Assembly (NCBI GenBank): GCA_009784375.1
Contig: WRBV01000001.1
Span: 177,256-241,255, forward strand
Direction: 5' to 3'
DNA length: 64,000 bases
Source: Bacillota bacterium
GTDB lineage: Bacteria; Bacillota; Clostridia; Christensenellales; UBA1242
A program made the position numbers and the translations under genes. The notes under the pieces were generated by a model, which saw only the letters and a program-made list of their open reading frames with translations, had not been told where the DNA came from and did no database searches. How positions within the stretch are numbered: the stretch's first letter is position 1; every line of letters begins with the position of its first letter. Below, piece by piece: positions 1 through 8,965 of this stretch.

Positions 1-223
1 TATGACCGTCTAGTGTAACTATTGCAATATTCTCGAATCTGTCGAAATCATAACCAAAGCTGTCTGCTGCAAGTTCGATTTTTTGAAAGGTAAGTGCATT
101 TAGCCTGGGACCCGAATGTGTTTCGGTTGGGGCTGGTCTGAAAAAATCAACACACCCAGCTAACGCAACGCTTGTTACAACCAACAATAAAACTGTCATC
201 ATTGGTAAAATAATCCGTTTCAT
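1..223 (-). CDS. Lipoprotein, 5' part only (runs off the window start)
   Basis: Manual translation from ATG at 223: MKRIILPMMTVLLLVVTSVALAGCVDFF..., with a signal peptide and LAGC lipobox. Open to position 1. TATACT lies 6 nt upstream of the ATG. Confidence 0.75.
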   Translation of the reverse strand, partial: MKRIILPMMTVLLLVVTSVALAGCVDFFRPAPTETHSGPRLNALTFQKIELAADSFGYDFDRFENIAIVTLDGH

Positions 224-342
224 GTATATAGTATATGCTAAAAATCAAATTAATGTAAGCACAAAAACTTAAACATTTTTGTGCTTGGACGTTAAGGTAA
301 ACTATCTGAAACATCGCTTTGCGAATAAGTCATAAGTGTATT

Positions 343-552
343 CTATTCATCTACATAAATACCAAAGCAAGGTGGCTGGATTGTTTCTTTGTGTTTAAAT
401 ATTGTTGTTGCACGAATATCCTTGAAAAGAAAATTACCTTTGTTTGTCATAATATATTTGTTCTTTGCATCAAGAAATTTGCAATCAATCTGGCTGCCGT
501 CCTTGAAGATTATTAATATGTGTGTGCCTTTGCGGAAACAATGGTGGAGCAT
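343..552 (-). CDS. Small hypothetical beta-rich protein (about 69 aa)
   Basis: Probable start ATG 552, 6 nt after TATACT. KGTHILIIFKDGSQIDCKF... looks like a real small Sm/SH3-like barrel. Confidence 0.5.
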   Translation of the reverse strand: MLHHCFRKGTHILIIFKDGSQIDCKFLDAKNKYIMTNKGNFLFKDIRATTIFKHKETIQPPCFGIYVDE

Positions 553-599
553 AGTTAAAGTATAGAATAAAAATTCAAACAACCCAACATAAAATTCCA

Positions 600-628
600 T
601 TGACTTTTATCCCAAAAATTGGTAATAT
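600..628 (+). promoter_or_regulatory. SigA promoter of tRNA-Thr
   Basis: TTGACT-17 bp-TAATAT with an extended TG. Confidence 0.75.
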
Positions 629-638
629 ATAAAGGTAC

Positions 639-714
639 GCTTCCGTGGCTCAGTTGGTAGAGCAGCTGATTTGTAATCAGCAGGTCGTCGGTTCGAGTCC
701 GACCGGGAGCTCCA
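639..714 (+). tRNA. tRNA-Thr (anticodon TGT)
   Basis: Acceptor stem GCTTCCG/CGGGAGC, anticodon arm GCTGA-TTTGTAA-TCAGC, GGTTCGAGTCC T-arm and encoded CCA. Confidence 0.97.
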
Positions 715-718
715 AAAT

Positions 719-745
719 GAAAACGCCCAAGGGGCGTTTTCGTTT
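719..745 (+). terminator. Intrinsic terminator after the tRNA
   Basis: GAAAACGCCC-AAG-GGGCGTTTTC followed by a T-rich tail. Confidence 0.75.
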
Positions 746-1033
746 GAAGATCACGGGAGGACGTAGTCCGATTGCTTGTTCGCAAGGCAAACATTTAATA
801 ACATCAATAATGCAACAATGCCGAAGGCATTACTGGGAGCTCCAAGACAAACGCCGTAATGCGTTTTTATTTTGAGAATTTAGTTTAAACACATATTCGT
901 AAAACGAATTATATGATAGTTTCATTCTTAATTGTAAAGTGCAAGGCGACATTCGGGTATTAATTTAAACAGATTGTAGGATTCAGTTAAATATGTTATC
1001 TTATTATAAGAATAGAACGCAAAAGGGAGTCTA

Positions 1034-2038
1034 ATGAAACAATATAAATCAATAGACCTCTTTGCAGGTATTGGTGGTATTCGTCTTGGCTTTGATAATG
1101 TGTTTAAAGAAGCTATAAAAACAGTATTTGTTAGTGAATGGGACAAGCCAGCACAGATAACATATAAGGCCAATTTTGGCGACCAACTAATATATGGGGA
1201 TATAACACAAATCAGCGAAGATTTAGTCCCATCGTTTGATATATGCCTGGCAGGTTTTCCATGCCAAGCATTTAGTCTTGCAGGGCAACGCAAAGGGTTT
1301 AAAGACAACTATAAAGATATATCTCGTGGGACATTGTTTTTTGATGTTGTGCGTATATGCCAAAAACACAAACCCAAGGTAATTTTTTGTGAAAATGTAA
1401 AAGGCCTTACAGTTCATGATAAAGGTAAAACTTTTTCTGTCATTATGGAGACATTAAAGCAACTTGGATATATGCCTTATGATAAAATTTTAAATAGTAA
1501 AGACTTTGGTGTTCCACAAAACCGAGAAAGAATCTATATAGTTGCTTTTAGAAATGATATAGATAGTTCATCGTTCCAATTTCCACAGCCAACAGATAAT
1601 ACAAAAAAAATTAAAGATATCTTAGAAAATCCACCAGTTCCTGCAAAATATTATTTAAGTGAGAAGTATATAGACACATTAAGAAAACATAAGGCAAGAC
1701 ACGAATCCAAAGGTAATGGATTTGGCTATGAAATTCGCGAATGGAATGGTATAGCAGGTGCTATTGTATGTGGTGGTATGGGTAGAGAGAGGAATCTTTT
1801 GATAGACACAAGACAGCAAAATTTAACTCCAACAACGAACATTAAAGGTAAGATTAATTCGGAAGGCATCCGCAAAATGACACCAAGAGAATGGGCAAGA
1901 TTACAAGGGTTTCCAGACACATTCAAATTTGAAGTAGCAGATGTACACCTTTATAAACAATTTGGTAACAGCGTAACTGTCCCCGTTATAGAAGCAATAG
2001 CAAAACAGATAAAGGTGGTGCTAGATGGCGGCAAATAG
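1034..2038 (+). CDS. hpaIIM: C5 DNA cytosine methyltransferase, M.HpaII-like (CCGG)
   Basis: Motifs DLFAGIGG, GFPCQAFS, ENV, QNRERIY and YKQFGNSV. The target-recognition region GNGFGYEI...GGMGRERNL...TPTTNIKG matches M.HpaII as I recall it. Confidence 0.9.
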   Translation: MKQYKSIDLFAGIGGIRLGFDNVFKEAIKTVFVSEWDKPAQITYKANFGDQLIYGDITQISEDLVPSFDICLAGFPCQAFSLAGQRKGFKDNYKDISRGTLFFDVVRICQKHKPKVIFCENVKGLTVHDKGKTFSVIMETLKQLGYMPYDKILNSKDFGVPQNRERIYIVAFRNDIDSSSFQFPQPTDNTKKIKDILENPPVPAKYYLSEKYIDTLRKHKARHESKGNGFGYEIREWNGIAGAIVCGGMGRERNLLIDTRQQNLTPTTNIKGKINSEGIRKMTPREWARLQGFPDTFKFEVADVHLYKQFGNSVTVPVIEAIAKQIKVVLDGGK

Positions 2039-3134
2039 AGGTGAATGGGCAGAGTTATATGTCATTTTTAAGTTGCTTGGCGATGGCAGGATATATTCTG
2101 CTGATGAAAATTTAGTAGCAAACCCACGATCTTATATTGATATTATTAAAATAATTCGTGAAGAAGTAAAAGATAAATTAATTGAATATAGAACTGGATC
2201 AATAGTGGATATTAATATTGATGGGCGAACAGTTGCTTCAATACCAGCATCAGATTTTTTATACAATGCAGAAAAACTTTTGCAAACAATAACTACTTCC
2301 AAGGGTCGCAGTTTTGATGTATTACCTGTCACAAAAGAATTTACAAAACGACTATTAATTAAAAGCTTCAAAGCGCCAAGTCGTGGATACTATGAAAACT
2401 TTGGTGGTAAGAATGATATCATAATGGAAATACGTGATCATGATAGGATGCAAATAGTTGCTGGGTTTTCAATAAAATCAAAATATAAAAACGCACCCAC
2501 GCTATTTAATGCGGCAAAAGCATCTGCTTTTACTTATGAACTTGAGGGTATTAATGATGAACAAATGGCAGAAATTAATTCCATAGTAACAGCAAAAGGT
2601 GGTAGGGACAAAAACGCAAGATTGGAATATATTAAAGCAAAAAATTTGGGATTTAATTTTTCTCATATCAAACATCGAACGTTTGAAGATAACATGGATA
2701 ATGTTCGCGGTGATATGCAGAAAATATTAAAAGCCATGCTTGAGATACATTATTTTAAGACAAAGAAAAACAGTAAGTTCACGGAAGTTACAGAGCACTT
2801 GATATCTGAAAACCCATTACAAAAACGCAATCCAGAGATTTTTTATACTAAAGCCATAAAAGATTTACTATGGGCATCATTTGCAGGTATGACGGCATCA
2901 GAGCAATGGAATGGTTTATCAACAGTTAACGGTGGGTATATCGTCGCAAAGGACAATGGTGAAGTTTTAGCCTATCATACACGAGACATGGAATCTTTCA
3001 GGACTTTTTTATTTAATCAAACAAAGTTTGACCGACCATCAGCGTCTGAGAGTAAATATGATTATGCACAAGTCTATAAAAAAGGTGATAAATATTTCTT
3101 TGATTTGAATTTTCAGATTAGATTCATTGACTAA
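2025..3134 (+). CDS. hpaIIR: HpaII-family type II restriction endonuclease
   Basis: N-terminus NRGEWAELYVIFKLLGDG, GFSIKS...PTLFNA, GGYIVAKDNGEVL and C-terminal LNFQIRF. Overlaps the methylase stop. Confidence 0.85.
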   Translation: MAANRGEWAELYVIFKLLGDGRIYSADENLVANPRSYIDIIKIIREEVKDKLIEYRTGSIVDINIDGRTVASIPASDFLYNAEKLLQTITTSKGRSFDVLPVTKEFTKRLLIKSFKAPSRGYYENFGGKNDIIMEIRDHDRMQIVAGFSIKSKYKNAPTLFNAAKASAFTYELEGINDEQMAEINSIVTAKGGRDKNARLEYIKAKNLGFNFSHIKHRTFEDNMDNVRGDMQKILKAMLEIHYFKTKKNSKFTEVTEHLISENPLQKRNPEIFYTKAIKDLLWASFAGMTASEQWNGLSTVNGGYIVAKDNGEVLAYHTRDMESFRTFLFNQTKFDRPSASESKYDYAQVYKKGDKYFFDLNFQIRFID

Positions 3135-3211
3135 TAAATATATAAAAGGACCTTGTGAATAAAAGAGTATTCCCCGAAATTTTGAACATACTATCTCGAT
3201 GAGGAGAGTGT

Positions 3212-4093
3212 ATGAAAAAGTTTAAGTGTATTTTGGTGATGTGTTTGATACTGCCTTTGGTGTTTATGATTAGTGGTTGTGAAAGTAATGCCGAACCCTA
3301 TGTTGTCAAGCATACAATCGATTGGAACGAAGTTGAAAATGTAGTCTTTACAGTCAAGGTGGGTACGCAAGTATTAACCAAGGGTGCAATCGTTGAAGAT
3401 GGGGCGGGTGTGTATTTGGAATGGATGTCTGTTGACCCTGATTATATGGTCAATGTTTCGGTAGATGGCGAATCAGTAAGAATGGGGTTTTGGACCATAT
3501 ATAAAAATACAAAGTTTGAAATTACAAAGGAAATGTTGTTCCCAATTACCAATACAACAAATATGAGCAACGGTACGGTAACAATAGAAAACGGTATAGC
3601 ATGGTTCAGCACAGGTATTCCAAATGCCGAGGCAGAAAATCCGAACTTTGGACGACAAAGTGGAACCATTCAAATTAACCAAGTTAGTGCCACATCTTTG
3701 AGTTTTGATGTGCTTGCCAATATGCGGAATGATGATTGGATTGTGTTTACAGTTAATATTGGGCATTCGGCAGCAACCGTTGATTCATGTCATATAGGAA
3801 TACGAAAAGATTCATACGGTAATTACTTTGTTGGGGGTGTTGTGAATTGGCCATATGTGTTTGGTGGTTCAAATAACGGTATACCAAATCTTGATATGGT
3901 GAACCAACCTATTTCATGTCTTCGCGATATAACAATAATATTCAGCCCAGATTATCTTGGTGCAGAGCTTGGAGATTTTACATTCTATCCAAATCGCCAG
4001 CTTAACGAAGGGTCAACTATGATAAGAAATCTTTGGCTTGTTCGAACAAATATGACAGATGTAATTGGTGTTACAAACATGCGTGTTTCGTAA
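3212..4093 (+). CDS. Hypothetical lipoprotein
   Basis: GAGGAG RBS, signal peptide ending ISGC, beta-rich body. Confidence 0.7.
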   Translation: MKKFKCILVMCLILPLVFMISGCESNAEPYVVKHTIDWNEVENVVFTVKVGTQVLTKGAIVEDGAGVYLEWMSVDPDYMVNVSVDGESVRMGFWTIYKNTKFEITKEMLFPITNTTNMSNGTVTIENGIAWFSTGIPNAEAENPNFGRQSGTIQINQVSATSLSFDVLANMRNDDWIVFTVNIGHSAATVDSCHIGIRKDSYGNYFVGGVVNWPYVFGGSNNGIPNLDMVNQPISCLRDITIIFSPDYLGAELGDFTFYPNRQLNEGSTMIRNLWLVRTNMTDVIGVTNMRVS

Positions 4094-4226
4094 TTAGATT
4101 TAAAAACTTATCTCCTTCGGTGTTGGACATTAAGGTTAAATTATTTAAAGTGTCCACTTGCGTGGACAGGTCATACACTAACTTAGCAGGACAAGGCTCT
4201 TGCGGTAGGCCGAGGAAAACTTAAGT

Positions 4227-4436
4227 ATGTGTAAAAAAACGATTACCAATCAAGCGGACATAACTATGCGTGTTTGTGGACAAGATGTTGTCATAAAAAG
4301 CAACAAAGTCACAACACGCATAAAAGACCATGATGATAAAGAATGTTGTTGTCATTGTGTATGCATATGTGTTTGCAGATGTTGGTGTTGTGAAATAAGA
4401 CGAATACTTGAATGTTTGTTTCCTTGCTTGCAATAA
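4227..4436 (+). CDS. Cys-rich small protein with an N-terminal DUF11 terminal hairpin (putative fibre anchor)
   Basis: TITNQADIT...SNKVTTRI followed by CCCHCVCICVCRCWCC. GAGG upstream; the stop is followed by the AGGAGG RBS of the next gene. Confidence 0.7.
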   Translation: MCKKTITNQADITMRVCGQDVVIKSNKVTTRIKDHDDKECCCHCVCICVCRCWCCEIRRILECLFPCLQ

Positions 4437-4448
4437 GGAGGAAAATAC

Positions 4449-4880
4449 ATGAAACTGGAAAACAAAGCATTTTTGGATTTGGAACTTTGTGGAGAAGCGG
4501 TGTCGGTTGACAGCGGAGAACCAACCGAAGTTGATATCATTGATTTGCAAATTACAAAAACAGCAAACTGTGCATATGCGATTTTGGGTGGCAATATTTG
4601 CTATACAGTCACAATTGTAAACAACAGCGATGTTGATTTCACAGACGGTGAAATGGGAGAAATTACATTCCGTGACCCACTTGCGGACAACCTTGAATAT
4701 GTTGATGATTCATTTGAATATGGAACAGACCCAGACAACCTTACGCCAGGCACCCCAAACATCGATGGCAACAACGTAATAACATTTGACCTTGCAATCC
4801 CAGCGGGCGAGACAATGTACATCGAGTTTTGTGCAAAGGTAACAGCAATGCCAACGGCGGCAGCCGCTGATGACGCGTAA
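4449..4880 (+). CDS. Circularly permuted DUF11-type (isopeptide) domain protein
   Basis: LQITKTAN...ICYTVTIVNNS...FRDPLADNLEYVDDSF...IPAGETMYIEF. Strong AGGAGG RBS, no signal peptide. Confidence 0.8.
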   Translation: MKLENKAFLDLELCGEAVSVDSGEPTEVDIIDLQITKTANCAYAILGGNICYTVTIVNNSDVDFTDGEMGEITFRDPLADNLEYVDDSFEYGTDPDNLTPGTPNIDGNNVITFDLAIPAGETMYIEFCAKVTAMPTAAAADDA

Positions 4881-4913
4881 GCTTTAGATTATTGCCACAG
4901 ATGGAGGTGAACC

Positions 4914-6383
4914 ATGCCTATTGTTTCGGGCGTGTTATATTACGATGGTAATAGAACAGCAGCCGCAGCAACGGCTACTGGAACTATAGCCAATGTACCA
5001 ATAGTTATGCAGAATACGGTAAATGGACTTGCAGCCGCAGTTCTAACAAGTTCAACAGGCACATTTCAATTCACAAATGTTCCATCAGGAAGTTACCAAG
5101 TGGTTGAATCATATGGATGGACCTATGATGATGGCACAACACCAATTACGATTGGGACCATTAATTGGGGTACAAATGCCGTGCCTTGTATGATGTTAAA
5201 AGGTGGAACTGTTCCACCTCTTGCTGATGATAGTCACACTTATGTGACTGTTTCGCCAACAAGTACAATAACAAATCTTGATTGTACTGTGCGTAATACT
5301 TGGCTTGAAACGGTTGGAGTATCCGACATTACAAATATTGCGATGTTAAATGGACCTGTGCGATATACACCACTTGTTCTTGCGTCTAATATTGTTGTTG
5401 ACTCACCGAACTTGGTAGTTGCGGCAGACAATGGAACCTTTGGATTATTTCCACCAGGAATAGTCGCAAACACAGGTGTGACGGTAACCGCGCCGCAAAC
5501 AAACCCTTATCCCGAGATTCAATCACAGTTCACCTATGTAATGGCGGCAACAGGAACATTACAACCAGTACCAGATGATGGACAATATACTGTGCAAAAT
5601 ATAATGAATAATAGCCACAGCAATTCTAATCCAACATCTCCTGCTTGGTGGCGTGTTGCCGACCATACGACTGGCAACGAAACTGGGCGAATGATGGTAA
5701 TAAATGGATATACACAAGGAACAATAATAGGACAGACAACTGTGCTGGTAAATGCGAACACATGTTACTTAACAAGTTATTGGGTTTTAAATTTATGCAG
5801 ACAAGCAACAGGCTATATAAACCCAGAATTCAGTCTTTTGGTCACCGACCAAGACGGAACAACAATCTATGAACATGATTTTACTGATGAAATATTACCC
5901 AACCCAGAATGTCCCGAATGGCGACAAATAGGCACAATATTCACAACGGCAAATGATACGACGGCAGTAACAATAAAATTCATAAGCCAAGGTGGGGCGG
6001 CAACAGGCAATGACTTTGTTTTAGATGACGTTGCACTAAACAGCGTAGATGTGCTTGAACTGGACATAACAAAAGATGCAAGTTGCTCTTATGCAACCAT
6101 TGGTGGGACCGTTTATTTTGGTATAACGATTTCAAATCCAACCAACTATCTGGCAACACAAATTACTTTAACGGATGAATTAGACGATATACTCGATGAG
6201 TTGAAATTTACACTTGATGGTCAAAACTGGTTACCATGGACGGGTACGCTTGATATTGATGACCTTGAACCTGGTGATTCTGGAGACATAATAATTCAAG
6301 GAAAAATCAAGTCTGGTGTTTCTGGAACAATTACTAATACAGCATCTGTGCAAGCCACATTTTGCGAGGAGGAAATAATATGA
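4914..6383 (+). CDS. Multidomain protein: SdrD-B/Cna-like N-domain, jelly-roll-like middle, C-terminal DUF11
   Basis: VSGVLYYDGNR...TSSTGTFQFTNVPSGSYQVVE; GNDFVLDDV; LDITK...LTDELDD...ITNTASV. GGAGGT RBS, no signal peptide. Confidence 0.8.
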   Translation: MPIVSGVLYYDGNRTAAAATATGTIANVPIVMQNTVNGLAAAVLTSSTGTFQFTNVPSGSYQVVESYGWTYDDGTTPITIGTINWGTNAVPCMMLKGGTVPPLADDSHTYVTVSPTSTITNLDCTVRNTWLETVGVSDITNIAMLNGPVRYTPLVLASNIVVDSPNLVVAADNGTFGLFPPGIVANTGVTVTAPQTNPYPEIQSQFTYVMAATGTLQPVPDDGQYTVQNIMNNSHSNSNPTSPAWWRVADHTTGNETGRMMVINGYTQGTIIGQTTVLVNANTCYLTSYWVLNLCRQATGYINPEFSLLVTDQDGTTIYEHDFTDEILPNPECPEWRQIGTIFTTANDTTAVTIKFISQGGAATGNDFVLDDVALNSVDVLELDITKDASCSYATIGGTVYFGITISNPTNYLATQITLTDELDDILDELKFTLDGQNWLPWTGTLDIDDLEPGDSGDIIIQGKIKSGVSGTITNTASVQATFCEEEII

Positions 6384-7048
6384 AAATTCAAAATATTGCA
6401 AGGCTTGGTGGTGATTTGGCGGGTTGTGATTGTGACGACATTCTGCAACGTATTACTTCTCTTGAAGAAGGTCAATGTGAACAATGTTGTGACTGTGATG
6501 CAATTTCACAAAGTCTGACTGAACTAAGAACCGACGTCACAACAATTCAAAATGACATAACCGAAATTCAGCAGAATATAACAACACTTGAACAATCCTT
6601 TAATGACCAAATAACCAACATCTTGAATGAGATCAGCAGGATAGAAAATTTTGTATTCTTGTCCGATGTGCGCACGTTTCCTACAACAAATAATCTTCTT
6701 AATGGGATAAGTGTTTCAACAATTAATGCAGGACATACATTTAATTTCTGGGGATCTGGATTTACTGTTGACAGCCCTACATTAAATAACAACACAGTTT
6801 ACTATATAATTGACCAATCAAGAACTGCATACCAAATACCAGAACTTCAATGGTACCAAGGCGATTCTACAATTGGTACATTATGGATAGAAATTCCAGG
6901 AGTCACCGCAGTCTACAGCTTTCCGCTTCGTTTCGATTCATCAGGTATTTATTTCAGAACAACTCAAGCGGTTAACAACATCGTTCCAGGTACATTATTC
7001 AAATTTACACAAGCGTTAATCCTGGTCGATCCAAGCACAGGCGGCTAA
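6380..7048 (+). CDS. Cys-rich coiled-coil protein with a C-terminal beta domain
   Basis: ATG 6380 after GAGGAGG, ATGA overlap with the upstream gene. CDC/CCDC motifs and heptads LTELRTDVTTIQNDITEIQQNITTLE. Confidence 0.75.
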   Translation: MKIQNIARLGGDLAGCDCDDILQRITSLEEGQCEQCCDCDAISQSLTELRTDVTTIQNDITEIQQNITTLEQSFNDQITNILNEISRIENFVFLSDVRTFPTTNNLLNGISVSTINAGHTFNFWGSGFTVDSPTLNNNTVYYIIDQSRTAYQIPELQWYQGDSTIGTLWIEIPGVTAVYSFPLRFDSSGIYFRTTQAVNNIVPGTLFKFTQALILVDPSTGG

Positions 7049-7062
7049 GGGGGAGGGTGGAT

Positions 7063-7395
7063 ATGGCACAATGTTACGGACCATTTAATTTTACAAGTAA
7101 CCAAGCACAGGTTGAAATTATTGACCTTGATATTACAAAGACAACATGTCCATATGCCCTTAAGGGTAGGGATATTTGTTACACGGTCATAGTATCAAAT
7201 AATAGTGATGTTGACATGTTTGGTATTTTGTTTAGCGATGAATTGGATGAAAACTTGACCTATGTCCCAGGCTCTTTCGAAGTTGATGGTGACCCACAAA
7301 CACCGATGATGTTTGAAAATATTATTCAATATCCACTAGATGTGCAAGCAGGTGGTTATATGACCATAAAATTCTGTGTAAAGATAAATATTTAA
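7063..7395 (+). CDS. Short permuted DUF11-type domain protein (paralogue of 4449-4880)
   Basis: SNQAQVEIIDLDITK...ICYTVIVSNNSDVD...FSDELDENLTYVPGSF. GGAGGG RBS; alternative GTG start at 7057. Confidence 0.8.
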   Translation: MAQCYGPFNFTSNQAQVEIIDLDITKTTCPYALKGRDICYTVIVSNNSDVDMFGILFSDELDENLTYVPGSFEVDGDPQTPMMFENIIQYPLDVQAGGYMTIKFCVKINI

Positions 7396-7440
7396 CATTT
7401 GTGTTTGTTAAGGTGTTTAAATCCATGATACAATTGCGTC

Positions 7441-8052
7441 GTGGATTTTTCTGATATAAATTTAGCATTTTGGATTCCAAGTCAAATCTTTGCATTATTT
7501 GCATTAATAACTATGGTTTATGCCATGGCAATTGCCAAGACAAAAACCAAGACTGTGTTTGCAATTATTATTTTCAACCTGTTCATGACGGTCTCGGTTG
7601 GGTTGCTTGAAAATTGGGTTTTGATGGGAATATTTGCGGTTGCAATTGCACGTGATATAGTTTTTCTTTGGCGAGAAAAATATTATCCAGAAAATAAAGT
7701 ACTCTCATATTTAACTTTGATATTATTTTTAGTAATAGTTGTCGTTGTTGCCGCATTCACAGTAGATTGGCAGTCATCGAGTCTGAGATTGATACTTGCA
7801 ATCGGAATCCAATTAATGGCTTTGTTTATTGTTTATGGTGCATGGGCAAAAGGTGTACACATGATACGTATAAGCCGTTTTGCAATGTGCGCTCTTGTTA
7901 TTGTTAATCATTTGATTTACCAAAACTATGTTGCGATTGCAATCGAAGTCTTCACAATCTGTGCGATTACTGTGTTTTATATTAAATTTTTCCGAAACAA
8001 ATCTACGGAAGGGGAGCCAGAAGATTCGAGTAATGTGCCTAGCGTTCAATAG
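7441..8052 (+). CDS. YgjV-like inner membrane protein
   Basis: SQIFALFAL start and multiple TM helices; paralogous to 54161-54733. Confidence 0.6.
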   Translation: MDFSDINLAFWIPSQIFALFALITMVYAMAIAKTKTKTVFAIIIFNLFMTVSVGLLENWVLMGIFAVAIARDIVFLWREKYYPENKVLSYLTLILFLVIVVVVAAFTVDWQSSSLRLILAIGIQLMALFIVYGAWAKGVHMIRISRFAMCALVIVNHLIYQNYVAIAIEVFTICAITVFYIKFFRNKSTEGEPEDSSNVPSVQ

Positions 8053-8875
8053 TATCAAGAAGATTACTGACCATTGTGTGTGGAAGTATTGCACGACCTA
8101 TGTATACTTTCTCTCTGGTGCTGGGGTCGATAAAGTGGCTACTTGAATGAAGTACGCCTGCAACATTTTGTATGCCATTAATATTGACTTTTAATGGTGT
8201 TCCGCTGTTGCCGCTTGCTGGTGAGTTATGTGGAACTGGCCAATCTTCGTCAATAATTCTAAAGGCAAATGCGTCGGCATAACCACCACCAATATAGTCG
8301 TTTCTCAGTATATGAGTGATTTTTGCGTCATAACCACGAACCTCGTCCGAGAATGCATCTGTATATTTACGTACGGTATCCCCAACAGAGAGGTCATCAA
8401 TGCTACCAACTATTGGCATGAATTCCAAGTTCTCGGGCGTTTGGTGCATTCTTCCGAAAGAACCGTTATGGCTTGTCGACGTAATTGTCGCAATTCGAGA
8501 TCCTCTGTCACCAAATTCTCTTGTAAGTCTGAAGCCACTTGTACTAGCAGGAAAACTATTTCTTACGTTAATCAAATCCAATCTAGAATTTGGGTGAAAG
8601 CCACCGCCATCTTCGTAAATCGACCCATGTCCAAAAGCGGCGAACAATGTTTCACCATCATTATTGATTGCAAATGACATTGTACCTATTGGTCCTTGGG
8701 TATAGCGTGGAAATGTTCCTTCGGGATTTCTGTTATATACTTGGACTACATTGCCAAGTGGTGCTATGCGTACTCTGTTAAAATCTATCTCTTCTGATGC
8801 AAAGGTTGGCTGGTTGGATAATCCGATAAAACCCATAAATGCAATTGTCGATGCCAACTTTGTAAATTTTTTCAT
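8039..8875 (-). CDS. Secreted SpoIVB-like (S55) serine peptidase without a PDZ domain
   Basis: Signal peptide. GPIGTMSF...FAAFGHG and SGNSGTPL...VAGVLH parallel SpoIVB AGIGTMTF...GALGH and QGMSGSPI...IGAVTH. Confidence 0.65.
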   Translation of the reverse strand: MKKFTKLASTIAFMGFIGLSNQPTFASEEIDFNRVRIAPLGNVVQVYNRNPEGTFPRYTQGPIGTMSFAINNDGETLFAAFGHGSIYEDGGGFHPNSRLDLINVRNSFPASTSGFRLTREFGDRGSRIATITSTSHNGSFGRMHQTPENLEFMPIVGSIDDLSVGDTVRKYTDAFSDEVRGYDAKITHILRNDYIGGGYADAFAFRIIDEDWPVPHNSPASGNSGTPLKVNINGIQNVAGVLHSSSHFIDPSTREKVYIGRAILPHTMVSNLLDTIER

Positions 8876-8965
8876 TGTACACTATAGCAAAAATGCCATC
8901 TTTTTGCAATACCCCAAGGCAAAAATCTATTGACAAAAAGCCCATAAGACATGATAATAACCGCC

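Noticed and set aside
645-875. ORFs 645-875 (+) and 555-794 (-)
   Set aside because: They overlap the tRNA-Thr gene and its terminator, so they are shadow ORFs.
4227-4880. 69-aa and 143-aa ORFs as halves of a frameshifted pseudogene
   Set aside because: Each has its own RBS, both begin with homologous hairpin segments, and the 69-aa ORF has a distinct Cys-rich tail. This fits two paralogous genes better.
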